A DNA stretch of 61,027 nucleotides, counting the filler. It is 5 parts of 5 records of this genome, joined end to end, with 100 filler letters (N's around TTAATTAATTAA, not from the genome) between each part and the next. Parts side by side here need not be neighbours in the genome. Positions count along the whole stretch, not along the records: positions 7,565 to 34,723 come from SRR31156797_893; positions 34,824 to 43,200 come from SRR31156797_894; 3 more parts are not named here. One strand, given 5' to 3'. The notes beneath the pieces are model-generated. The model worked only from the letters and a program-made list of their open reading frames with translations, made no database searches and was not told the DNA's origin. Below, piece after piece: positions 29,893-39,594 of this stretch (position 1 is the stretch's first letter; the number at the start of each line of letters is the position of its first letter). The translations under genes were made by a program, and so were the position numbers.

Positions 29893-30996
29893 TTATATAT
29901 TAAACGCTTCTGTTAATCTTTGTTTATTCCACCATTTATCGAAGGGAGCTTCTTCTGTATCGTCAAAAAATATGTTTTCACTAAATTCCACTTCCAAATC
30001 AATTACGTAAAAATCTTCACAGCCTGATTTACTTAATTTTACAGCATCCTTGGGGGTACAAACTATTCTTTTTGCACCCGCTGCCGCTGCTTTCTTGCGG
30101 ATCAACTCCACGTCCTGCGCTGTATATGCGTGATGATCCTTGAAAATTATGAAATCTTCTGGCGCACGGCCCATATAATTTCCTGCGTCCTCGCGCAGGA
30201 TTTCCGGCTTGCCGATCCCGGCAAAGAGCAGGTATTTATCACTACCAAAACCTAACCGCTCTCCCCCACCGAGAAGCTTCAGTCCCTTAGCCTTCAGCTC
30301 AAACTGAAATACAGGTTTGCCGAACTCGGACAGCTTTTGTTTTATCAAAGTACGCATCTGCCTGAAAGCATCAGAACCGCTCTTCACGAAAAAGACATCA
30401 GCCCGTTGCAACGCCTGCACACTCTCACGCCATGTACCCCGAGGAATGACCTTATCCCAACCCGTTGTAAAATCATCGAGAGTGAGCAGCACGAAATCCA
30501 GATCGCGCTCCACTGCCATGTGCTGGAACCCGTCATCTAGCAACATCAATCCGGGCTGAAATTTCTGCGTTGCCCATGCCCCTGAACGCTTACGCACAGG
30601 ATCGACCACAATTTTTGCCTGCAGGTTGCCATTTGCCAGCATAAGCGGTTCATCCCCGGCCTCATTAACCGGACTGAACCGATTCACCAGATACGGCAAT
30701 TGTGCGGGTTTGGCCCCATAACCACGGGTCAGCAACACTGTCAACAATCCCTCATGCTCCGCCCACTTAAGCAGCCAGTCCGCAATAGGAGTCTTACCGC
30801 TACCCCCGGACCCGATATTACCCACGGAAATACAAGGGCATTCGGGCCGAAACCGCTCATGCTCCCCCTGTGCGTATTTCTCCGCACGGCGAGCCATAAC
30901 CGCACCATAACCTTTTGATATCGGCGCAAGAACGGGGCTTAAAATTTTCTGTATTTTGAACAGCAGGGACACAGCAAACTCCTTGAACTTTTGCAC
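29893..30996 (-). CDS. lpxK: Tetraacyldisaccharide 4'-kinase
   Basis: VGNI..GGSGKTP, RGYG, GDEP, LDDGFQH, DHH.Y, T.KDAVK. Confidence 0.93.
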   Translation of the reverse strand: MQKFKEFAVSLLFKIQKILSPVLAPISKGYGAVMARRAEKYAQGEHERFRPECPCISVGNIGSGGSGKTPIADWLLKWAEHEGLLTVLLTRGYGAKPAQLPYLVNRFSPVNEAGDEPLMLANGNLQAKIVVDPVRKRSGAWATQKFQPGLMLLDDGFQHMAVERDLDFVLLTLDDFTTGWDKVIPRGTWRESVQALQRADVFFVKSGSDAFRQMRTLIKQKLSEFGKPVFQFELKAKGLKLLGGGERLGFGSDKYLLFAGIGKPEILREDAGNYMGRAPEDFIIFKDHHAYTAQDVELIRKKAAAAGAKRIVCTPKDAVKLSKSGCEDFYVIDLEVEFSENIFFDDTEEAPFDKWWNKQRLTEAFNI

Positions 30997-31058
30997 AAAA
31001 AAACACGCTCAAACCCTACGAGGTTTGAGCGTGCCTGTAAATGTACAACTTATCTCAA

Positions 31059-31790
31059 CTACTCGCGGTTACCCATAAGGCGGAGCAGGAAGATGAACAT
31101 GTTAATGAAGTCAAGATACAAGGTAAGCGCGCCGAGGATAGTGCCGCGTCTTACTGCGGTGGCATCATCAGCGGGAATGTACTCGCCCATATCTTTCAGC
31201 TTCTGAGAATCGTAAGCGGTCAGCCCTGCGAAGATGAACACGCCGATAACAGAGATGGCAAAAGTCATAGCAGAGCTCTGCATGAAGAAGTTAACCACCA
31301 TGGCAATAAGAATACCAAACAGGCCCATCATCATGAATGATCCCATTCCAGTCAGATCCTTACGAGTGGTCAGACCATACAGGGACATAGCTCCGAACAT
31401 TCCTGCGGTAACGAGGAAAGTCTGGAAAATGGATGCTGCTGTGTAAGCGATCAGAATAGTTGAAAGAGTCAAACCGTTCAGTGCGCTGTAAGCCATAAAC
31501 AGGCCGGTAGCTGCACCGGAGGACAGTTTAGAAATACGCATGCTCAGGTAGAACACCAGACCAATTTCACCAATAGCCGCAACCCAGAACAACATGGTCG
31601 GGGCAATTGCTCCTGTTTCAGGATTCTGGGCCAGCACGAGGTTCAGCACTGCCGGGGTGGAAAGGGTTACCCATGCCACGGCAGCGGTTGCCAACAGGCC
31701 AGCGCTCATCCAGCTGTAAATGCCGCGCATAAATGCATTAAGGACTTCCGGTCTCGCGCTAACGGAACCGGCTGCACCGAATCTACTCAT
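31059..31790 (-). CDS. Bax inhibitor-1/YccA family membrane protein
   Basis: About seven TMs; TAYDSQKLK, ALTLYLDFINMF; AGGAG RBS favours ATG 31790. Confidence 0.9.
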   Translation of the reverse strand: MSRFGAAGSVSARPEVLNAFMRGIYSWMSAGLLATAAVAWVTLSTPAVLNLVLAQNPETGAIAPTMLFWVAAIGEIGLVFYLSMRISKLSSGAATGLFMAYSALNGLTLSTILIAYTAASIFQTFLVTAGMFGAMSLYGLTTRKDLTGMGSFMMMGLFGILIAMVVNFFMQSSAMTFAISVIGVFIFAGLTAYDSQKLKDMGEYIPADDATAVRRGTILGALTLYLDFINMFIFLLRLMGNRE

Positions 31791-31925
31791 AATTAATCTC
31801 CTTGAATTCTTTTTAAGAGCGAACGTTTTCGTCCGCATTTTTTATATACTTTCAGAGTATAAATAAACAGCTTAAGGCCCGCAGGCAAGGTTTTTCGGTC
31901 GATTTCCTGCGGGATATATTTCCAA

Positions 31926-33374
31926 CTAATCCCGAATATACTTTTTCAGCACCGGAACAAATCCGGTCATAACCAAACCGATGGCCCCGGTAGCAGTCCC
32001 AATCTTGAAGAACAGATCATCATAAATACGCAGGGATTCCATTGCAGTCACTCCATGTTCAGGCACACTGGCCATGGTCGCAATCTCCCCGCCGAGAACC
32101 ATTGCCACGGACTGAAACATGAACCACGCGCCCATCATAAAACCCATGGATCGTTCCGGGGTCAAGCGGGCCACCATTGCCAGCCCAAGCCCGCTGACCA
32201 AAAGCTCACCGAGACTCTGAAACCCGTAACTGACAACCAGCCAGTTGCCGGAAACGAACCCATTAGCATCAGCCTGATACTTAGCCACATAAGCTAATGT
32301 CATAAACGCCGCACAACACATAAGCATACCGAGCGCAAATTTACCGGGCAAAGAAAGATCCTTTCCAGCTTTATCCAAACGAGCATAACCAATCGCCAGC
32401 ACAGGGCTGATGATCATAATCCAGAACGGATTCAAAGCCTGAAAAGACGCCGCTTCCACCGGAATTCCAAAGATGTACGGGTCCACATTACGGGCCGCAA
32501 AAAGGTTCAGTGAAGTAGGCATCTGTTGATAAAGGGCAAAGAAAACAATGGCCTCAGCCATAAGGATCAGGCAGACGATCAAATTGGCTTTTTCATGATC
32601 TTCAGCGCGCATGATCTCACGCACATAAAGAACCGCCACGACCACCAGGGCAGCGTAAAGCAATTCATGGGCAAGAGTCAGATGGGTCAAGAGCAGGGCC
32701 GAAATTCCGGCAATAGCTACGGTTCCGATCAAAGTGAGTAGCAGTTTTTTCATATCCAGCGGTTCAAAATCAGCCTCCGATCCAACCGGATCAAGAATAG
32801 AGCGGAAGACAATATAATTTCCAATCGCAATGAGCATACCAATGAAGCAGACAAAGAATCCCGCATTCCAGCCGTAATGTTTCTGAATGATAGGACAAAG
32901 CGACATGGCAGCAAAGGAACCGATATTGATCGCCATGTAGTAAAGAGTGAACGCACCGTCCACGCGGGGATCGCCCTTATCATAAAGTTTGGAAACCAGC
33001 GCTGAGGGGTTGGCTTTGAACAGCCCGTTCCCGGCAATGATTATGCCCAGTGCCGGATAAAGAAACTTCTCGCAATCGTAGCCCAGCAGCCCGTACCCGG
33101 ATGCAAGAACAATCGCCCCCAGAAACATGGTCCTGCGGTTACCTAATATCTTATCCCCGATATATCCGCCCGCGCAGATAAAAGCATAAACAAGGGCCGC
33201 AAAAGCACTGAAGGTCTGGTCCGCCAGATTGTCGGAGAATCCGAGTTTCTTAACCATGAACAAAACCAGAAGGGCCTGCATTCCGTAATAGCCGAACCGT
33301 TCCCACATCTCCACGGAGAAGAGCAGATAAAATGGCTTGGGATGGCTGAAAGCACCGCTTGAACTCTGCGACAT
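31926..33374 (-). CDS. Proton-dependent oligopeptide transporter (POT, DtpA-like)
   Basis: EMWERFGYYG, GNGLFKANPS, YMAINIGS, GELLVS. Confidence 0.92.
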   Translation of the reverse strand: MSQSSSGAFSHPKPFYLLFSVEMWERFGYYGMQALLVLFMVKKLGFSDNLADQTFSAFAALVYAFICAGGYIGDKILGNRRTMFLGAIVLASGYGLLGYDCEKFLYPALGIIIAGNGLFKANPSALVSKLYDKGDPRVDGAFTLYYMAINIGSFAAMSLCPIIQKHYGWNAGFFVCFIGMLIAIGNYIVFRSILDPVGSEADFEPLDMKKLLLTLIGTVAIAGISALLLTHLTLAHELLYAALVVVAVLYVREIMRAEDHEKANLIVCLILMAEAIVFFALYQQMPTSLNLFAARNVDPYIFGIPVEAASFQALNPFWIMIISPVLAIGYARLDKAGKDLSLPGKFALGMLMCCAAFMTLAYVAKYQADANGFVSGNWLVVSYGFQSLGELLVSGLGLAMVARLTPERSMGFMMGAWFMFQSVAMVLGGEIATMASVPEHGVTAMESLRIYDDLFFKIGTATGAIGLVMTGFVPVLKKYIRD

Positions 33375-33532
33375 GAGTAACTCCTTATTCTGGGCAACTT
33401 GGTATTTTTTTACACTTTATACGACAGATAAGGATGAAATGCGAGAGATTATAAGTTTGTATGAGGAACTAAAAAAGCCTCCCGCACCAAAAGAGCGGGA
33501 GGCTTATAAAATCCGTTTACGCAGCTGAGAAT

Positions 33533-34480
33533 CTAGCTCGTGAAATCAAACCACCAGCGACCTAAGCTCAGGCAGACCAGAATGGCCCCTTCCAGCCTGC
33601 TGACTTTCCATCCGGTACGGATAAAGAAGAGCACCAGCGCGACCATTCCGACCAGTACGGTCAGACCGGGCAATGCATCCGGGGAGACTTCCAGCGGACG
33701 CAACAAACAGGTCAGGCCGAGCACACCTGCGAAGTTGAAAAAATCACTACCGATAAGATTACCGAGCAACATTTCATTTCGGCCCTTAAGAGATGCTGCA
33801 AGACAGGTAACGAGTTCAGGCAGAGAAGTCCCGGCAGCAACGATGGTCATGCCGATCACCCAGTTGGAAACGCCGAAGTGACGGGCAATTTCAGAGGCAG
33901 CGTCAACCATAAACTCACCACCAAGTGCGATGCCGATAAAACCGGCCAGCAACTTAAGCCAATCTTTTGCGTTGATCTCACTACCTTCCTCTTCTTCCAC
34001 ATCAGGGGCAATCCCGGCCATGGCATTAGCTGCCCTTTTGCTGTGCACCAGCAGATAGCCGATGTAACCGCCTAAAATTGCCAGCAACATGATCCCTGCG
34101 GAACGGTCCAGCATATCAAAATAAGCAAGGCCCAGAATGAGCGCAGTAGTGAAAAGCAACAGCGGTGCATCGCGCATTGCCAGCGACCTATTGGTCGGCA
34201 AGGGTTTGATCAAGGCCATCAAGCCCAGAATAAAGCCCAAGTTAAAAATATTAGACCCGACGACATTAGAAAGGGAAATATCAGAAAGTCCCTTAAACGC
34301 CGCAGTGGCTGTGACTAAAAATTCCGGTGCTGATGTACCGAAAGCCACAATGGTCAGGCCGATTACCAGGTCGGATACCTTGTATTTCTTAGCAATCTTC
34401 GAAGCAGACTCTACAATCCAGTCCGCACCGAACCATAAAAGGAAAATACTCAGGGTAAAGAAAAATATATTGGAAAGCAT
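33533..34480 (-). CDS. Calcium/sodium antiporter (CaCA, YrbG-like)
   Basis: Alpha repeats GTSAPE..GSN and GTSLPE..GSD. Confidence 0.9.
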   Translation of the reverse strand: MLSNIFFFTLSIFLLWFGADWIVESASKIAKKYKVSDLVIGLTIVAFGTSAPEFLVTATAAFKGLSDISLSNVVGSNIFNLGFILGLMALIKPLPTNRSLAMRDAPLLLFTTALILGLAYFDMLDRSAGIMLLAILGGYIGYLLVHSKRAANAMAGIAPDVEEEEGSEINAKDWLKLLAGFIGIALGGEFMVDAASEIARHFGVSNWVIGMTIVAAGTSLPELVTCLAASLKGRNEMLLGNLIGSDFFNFAGVLGLTCLLRPLEVSPDALPGLTVLVGMVALVLFFIRTGWKVSRLEGAILVCLSLGRWWFDFTS

Positions 34481-34489
34481 TTTTTACCT

Positions 34490-34723
34490 TGATGCGCTAC
34501 GCGCTTATTTGATGAACACATTTTGCCTCCGGCGGCTTAAACCCTTTTAGTAGGCTTCGCTGGCAGGAGCAACAAAACGTCATACGATAACAACCGCATC
34601 AGAGTAGCAGGTCATTATCAAATTAAAAAGTATTTCCGGACAAAACTTCCCATCATATATACAAGTGGCAAAGCCTTAATGAAAAGTTTAGGTGAGTCCA
34701 GAGAACCCTTTCCAAAGGGTTCT
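34490..34723. repeat. REP-like repeat: partial direct copy plus inverted copy at contig end
   Basis: 34490-34548 matches the first half of copy 1; 34683-34723 is the reverse complement of its second half. Confidence 0.7.
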
Positions 34724-34823
34724 NNNNNNNNNNNNNNNNNNNNNNNNNNNNNNNNNNNNNNNNNNNNTTAATTAATTAANNNNNNNNNNNNNNNNNNNNN
34801 NNNNNNNNNNNNNNNNNNNNNNN
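34724..34823. other. Artificial contig linker
   Basis: N-run + TTAATTAATTAA + N-run. Confidence 0.98.
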
Positions 34824-35154
34824 ACTGTAGCAGTGATTTTTTGCTACACTATACCCCGTCTACTTGCAGCGGGGAGGTGATTTGTGATTGAGTTTAACAA
34901 AAATATTAATTGGAAAAGGTTTTGTACACTAATACAATCCTTTTCTTTTTTTTATACTATTTTTTTGTATGTGTTTGTTAATTTATAGTTAACGTTGACA
35001 AGCTTATAATTTTTTTATAACAATGAAGTCACCGAAAAAAAATTCATACTTATATAATAGAGTTGTTAAATTAAAACAGTGAAAACTTGTACTATTAACT
35101 TAGGGTAATTTCTCAAAACTAATTCTTAAAAACTAATTTTTATCTATTTTTTAA

Positions 35155-35183
35155 TTGACAAGAACTCGAACTAAAGGTAAAAT
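35155..35183 (+). promoter_or_regulatory. Sigma70 promoter for brnQ
   Basis: TTGACA-17 bp-TAAAAT. Confidence 0.7.
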
Positions 35184-35285
35184 TGAATTACAGCCACGCT
35201 GTAGATTCTGAATAACGGCGGCGGATCAGTATATGCTTCAATAGGACTTTAGGCTATCCTATTTGATGTGAAGGGAAGATGTTTT

Positions 35286-36578
35286 ATGAAAAAGCTTAGA
35301 ACTGTGTTTATAGTTGGCTTCGCACTATTTGCAGTTTTTTTTGGTGCAGGAAATTTAATTTTTCCACCATTTCTGGGAGTAAATTCAGGTGTAGATTGGT
35401 TTTGGAGTTTTTCAGGTTTTATAACCTTTGATGTGATACTTAGTGTATTCGCATTAATTGTAATTGCAGTAAAAGGAAAAGGTTCTGAAGGGATAACGGG
35501 AGTATTAGGAAAAAAAGTATCCGCTCTATATTTATCAGTTATTGTACTCTGCATCGGGCCTTTTATCTGTATACCCAGAACAGCAGCAACTACATTTGAG
35601 ATGGCAGTTTTGCCAAATATGCCGGGAGTAAACAGTTGGTTGGCAGCTACAATTTTTTTTACAATTGCGTGTTTGTTAAGTTTGAAAGCAAGTAAAATAA
35701 TCGATATAATCGGATTGGTTTTATCTCCGATGTTACTAATAACATTAGGAGTAATGATAGGGAAGGGAGTAATGAACCCAATCGGGAATCCGGTTAAATT
35801 AATCTCTGTAAGTGAAGCAGTAAAGAACGGAATATCCTCAGGTTATCAGACAATGGATATGTTAGGGGCGGTAATCTTTTCAATAGTAATATTAGCATCA
35901 ATTGAGCAAAATGGTTTTAGAGAGAAAAAAGATAAACTTCAGGTTTTATGCGGAGCAGGGCTTGTGGCTACAGTTGCACTATTTGCAGTTTATTGCGGTT
36001 TAGCATATTTGGGAGCATCAGCATCACAAATATATGCAGGAAAATCAATTACTCAGGCAGAGTTAATCATAACATTAGCAAAAACAATACTAGGTGATAA
36101 TGCAATGTTAATATTTGGTTTAATAGTAGCATCGGCATGTATGACAACAGCAATCGGACTGCTGTCATCATGTGCAGAATATTTTAGTAAATTGAGTAAA
36201 GGCAAATTTAAGTATGAGGTTTTAGTTATAGTATTTTCAGTATTTAGTGCGATAGTTTCTAATTTTGGAATTTCTAAAATCATCTCACTTGCGGCACCAA
36301 TACTGACTGTAATGTATCCTGTACTTGTAGTACTAACAATTCTGGCAGCATTTTCACATAAAATTGAAGATGTAAGAATATTTAAAGGGGCGGCATTTGG
36401 AGCATTTATTTATGGTGTTACATCTGTACTGGAGTCATCGCTCGGGCATATAAGATTTACAGCTGATCTGCCACTTAATTCTATAGGTTTAGGATGGTTC
36501 ATACCTGCTATGCTTGGAATAAGTGTTGCAGTGCTGTTTATGAAGAATACTTTGCATATTGATGCAAAATATAATTAA
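35286..36578 (+). CDS. brnQ: Branched-chain amino acid:cation symporter (LIVCS)
   Basis: FA.FFGAGNLIFPP, IGP...IPRTA, GYQTMD, ACMTTAIGL. Confidence 0.93.
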   Translation: MKKLRTVFIVGFALFAVFFGAGNLIFPPFLGVNSGVDWFWSFSGFITFDVILSVFALIVIAVKGKGSEGITGVLGKKVSALYLSVIVLCIGPFICIPRTAATTFEMAVLPNMPGVNSWLAATIFFTIACLLSLKASKIIDIIGLVLSPMLLITLGVMIGKGVMNPIGNPVKLISVSEAVKNGISSGYQTMDMLGAVIFSIVILASIEQNGFREKKDKLQVLCGAGLVATVALFAVYCGLAYLGASASQIYAGKSITQAELIITLAKTILGDNAMLIFGLIVASACMTTAIGLLSSCAEYFSKLSKGKFKYEVLVIVFSVFSAIVSNFGISKIISLAAPILTVMYPVLVVLTILAAFSHKIEDVRIFKGAAFGAFIYGVTSVLESSLGHIRFTADLPLNSIGLGWFIPAMLGISVAVLFMKNTLHIDAKYN

Positions 36579-36702
36579 ATATAAATTATTTATAAAACTA
36601 CTGATTTAAAAATCGGTAGTTTTTAATTTTTTCAAATTCTTCTAACTCGTGTTAGTTTGTGTGGAATTAATAAAGAAGAATAAAATATTCTTCTTTATTA
36701 AT

Positions 36703-37719
36703 CTAACGTTTACGTACTGATTTTCTTTCAACTATCTCGATATCTATTGTTTTTTTAATAGTAGAACTATCTCCCTCTATTAATTCTATTAAACTCTTTA
36801 CTGCATTTTCTGCGAGATTTTTAGGTGAAGAATCAATAGTTGTAAGTGGAGGATTGGTAGATCTTGTAGCATAAATATTATCAAATCCTATGATTGAGAT
36901 ATCCTTTGGTATTGAATATTTCATCTTCTTAAGACTTTCCAAAATACTTAGAGCTTCAATATCTGTTGCTGCAAATATTCCATCCGGTAATCCAAATTTA
37001 TCAATATATTTTTTGAAATACTCTTCAAATTTTCCTTCTGTGATTACTTTATCTTCTATTACATTTTCTTCTCTGTAGTTTAAACCATAATTTTCAAGTG
37101 CAGCTTTATAACCTTTGTGTCTTTGTATCCCCGGTAATCTATTTAATTTAATATGCATAATATTTTTATGCCCTTTATTGATTAAATACTCAGTAGCTTT
37201 ATATGCTCCTGAAAAGTTATCAGGATTAACTATTCCCTTTCCTGAAATCAAATCTCTTGTGAAATCAAACATATCAACATAGATCATATTAAAACGGCTC
37301 TTTATAAGCTTTAGTGCTTCAGGTTCATCATCTGAACCACCTAGTAATATTGCGCCCTGTATTTTTTTAGTTGCTAAAAAATTAGTCATCTTTTTATCCT
37401 GTTCCGGTGTGATTAATGAAACAAGAGCAGAAAAACCATATTGTTCTGCAGCATTAACTGCATGAATTATGAACTCACCAAGATAGGGAGAAGAGGTAAA
37501 ATCTACTGGTATATAAAGGAATAAACCTATTTCCTTATTCTCTATTCCGGCTAAACTTCTGGCTTGAGAGTTTGGCGCATAGTTATACTGCTCTATAACG
37601 TCTAGAACTTTTTGTCTCGTTTTTTCAGAAATATCCGGATAATTATTTATTACTCTGGTTACAGTACTTCTAGATACTCCTGCTAATTTAGCGATATCTT
37701 TACTGTTAATAATGAACAC
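36703..37719 (-). CDS. LacI-family transcriptional regulator
   Basis: DIAKLAGVSRSTVTRVIN HTH; DISIIGFD, PPLTTI; true start may be ATT at 37710. Confidence 0.93.
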   Translation of the reverse strand: MFIINSKDIAKLAGVSRSTVTRVINNYPDISEKTRQKVLDVIEQYNYAPNSQARSLAGIENKEIGLFLYIPVDFTSSPYLGEFIIHAVNAAEQYGFSALVSLITPEQDKKMTNFLATKKIQGAILLGGSDDEPEALKLIKSRFNMIYVDMFDFTRDLISGKGIVNPDNFSGAYKATEYLINKGHKNIMHIKLNRLPGIQRHKGYKAALENYGLNYREENVIEDKVITEGKFEEYFKKYIDKFGLPDGIFAATDIEALSILESLKKMKYSIPKDISIIGFDNIYATRSTNPPLTTIDSSPKNLAENAVKSLIELIEGDSSTIKKTIDIEIVERKSVRKR

Positions 37720-37867
37720 CTCCTATACTAACACGTGATTCAATTCTACTACTCAGCTGTGATTTTGTCAAGATTAAATTTGAAATTCAAATATTCTAAA
37801 TATTTTTGATATTTTCTATAAAATAATGCTACTATTTATAATGAACTAATAAACCTAAAATAGCGAG

Positions 37868-39280
37868 TTGATTAATGTGCATAAACAAAAAATAGATAAA
37901 TACGTAGAGGAAAACAAAGAAGAAATTCTAAAAGATTTAGCGGAATTAATAAAAATACCATCTCTTAAATCATCAAAAATGGAAGAAAAACCCTTTGGTG
38001 AAAAAATAGATGAATGCTTAAATAAAGCAATAGAAATAGCAAGTTCTTATGATCTTAAGACTAAAAACTATGATTCATATATTGCTGCAGTTGATATAGG
38101 TGAGGGAGAAGCAAAGCTTGATATATTGACTCATTTAGACGTTGTACCGGCAGGTGATAATTGGCAGACTGATCCATTTGAGATGACTCAAATAGATAAT
38201 AGGATATTCGGGCGAGGAGTAATTGATAATAAAGGGCCTGCAATAGCTGTTGTTTGGGCAATGAAAGCGATTAAAGATTTAGAGATTCCTATTAAAAACA
38301 GAGTTAGATTATTATTTGGAACAGATGAAGAATCAGGTTTTAATGATATTAAATATTATTATGATATTGAAGAGGAAGCGGAAATGACCTTTACGCCTGA
38401 CGCACTTTTTCCTGTTGTAAATGTTGAAAAGGGTAGAAAAACTATTCATTTTTATTCTCAGCTAGAATTTGAAGAGAGTGAAAAGCAGCTGATATCTTTT
38501 AGTTCAGGAATAGTTGCAAATACTATACCTGATAGTGCAAAGGCTGTATTAAAAGGAGTTAGTAAAGAAGAATTAATTCATAGGATAGTTGATTATACGA
38601 GAGAAAAATCTTTAGAGTTTGGTTTGCAGGAAATGAATGAGAACATAGAAATCATTTTCATAGGAAAATCCGGACACGGTTCTATGCCGGCAAACGCAAA
38701 TAATGCTTTAACTGCTCTATTAGAATTTTTGAGTAAATTGCCTTTGGATGAAAGTAATAGTTTTCAGCAGATAAAAAAGTTATCAAAACTATTTCCCCAT
38801 GGTGATTATTTAGGCCAAGCGCTAGGATTAGCTGAAAGTGATGATTTAAGCGGTGATTTAACAATGAGCTTAAATATGTTTAACTTTATGGGTAAAGGAA
38901 TGGGAGCTTCACTTGATTGTAGAACAATAGTTTCAACTGATGAAAAGAGATTTGATGAAGTTCTGTTTTCAAAATTAAAAAACGCAGGTTTTGATATAAG
39001 TTTTTTAGATTCAGTATCTCCACATCATGTAGAAGAGGAGTCAGAGCTAGTGCAAACTCTCTTGCAGGTTTATGAAAATTATAGTGGTCAAACTGAAAAG
39101 CCTATTGCAATTGGTGGAAACACTTATGCGCATTTTACTAAAAGAGGAGTAGCTTTTGGTTGTGGTAAAGCAGATGAAAATAACAATATGCATGGAGCAA
39201 ATGAGTTTATATATGAAGAAAAATTATATAAATGGATAAAAATATTTGCTGACGTGATTATTAAATTATGTTGTAAATAA
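37868..39280 (+). CDS. M20 dipeptidase (PepV/Sapep-like)
   Basis: HLDVVP, GRG..DNKGP, DEESG, EKG, H..NE. Confidence 0.9.
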   Translation: MINVHKQKIDKYVEENKEEILKDLAELIKIPSLKSSKMEEKPFGEKIDECLNKAIEIASSYDLKTKNYDSYIAAVDIGEGEAKLDILTHLDVVPAGDNWQTDPFEMTQIDNRIFGRGVIDNKGPAIAVVWAMKAIKDLEIPIKNRVRLLFGTDEESGFNDIKYYYDIEEEAEMTFTPDALFPVVNVEKGRKTIHFYSQLEFEESEKQLISFSSGIVANTIPDSAKAVLKGVSKEELIHRIVDYTREKSLEFGLQEMNENIEIIFIGKSGHGSMPANANNALTALLEFLSKLPLDESNSFQQIKKLSKLFPHGDYLGQALGLAESDDLSGDLTMSLNMFNFMGKGMGASLDCRTIVSTDEKRFDEVLFSKLKNAGFDISFLDSVSPHHVEEESELVQTLLQVYENYSGQTEKPIAIGGNTYAHFTKRGVAFGCGKADENNNMHGANEFIYEEKLYKWIKIFADVIIKLCCK

Positions 39281-39594
39281 TTAGTTTTATAAAATAAGAG
39301 AATTGGGCTTTTAATTTAGCTTAATTCTCTTATTTTTTGATTTAGGGTAAATATTTAAGTCTAAATAAGGGCAAAACAGAAATCTGGTCACCAAAACACG
39401 ACAAAGATATCTTTAATAGTGTATGTATAAATAGTATTATAATAGTGTGAAAAGTTTGGATAAAGAACAGTAAGAGGTTTATTTTTTTTCTTATTTGGTG
39501 AGGGAATTTTAGATTATATTTATTTGTGGTTAATTATAACATTCATTATAAGTAAAAAGAAATTAGAGTCTAATCTTTATTTGAAGGAGGTAAA

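Noticed and set aside
34884-34991. 35-aa hydrophobic ORF behind GGGGAGGTGA, resembling a type I toxin
   Set aside because: Hydrophobicity comes from reading through a terminator T-run; no antitoxin evidence. Kept only as a structured-end observation
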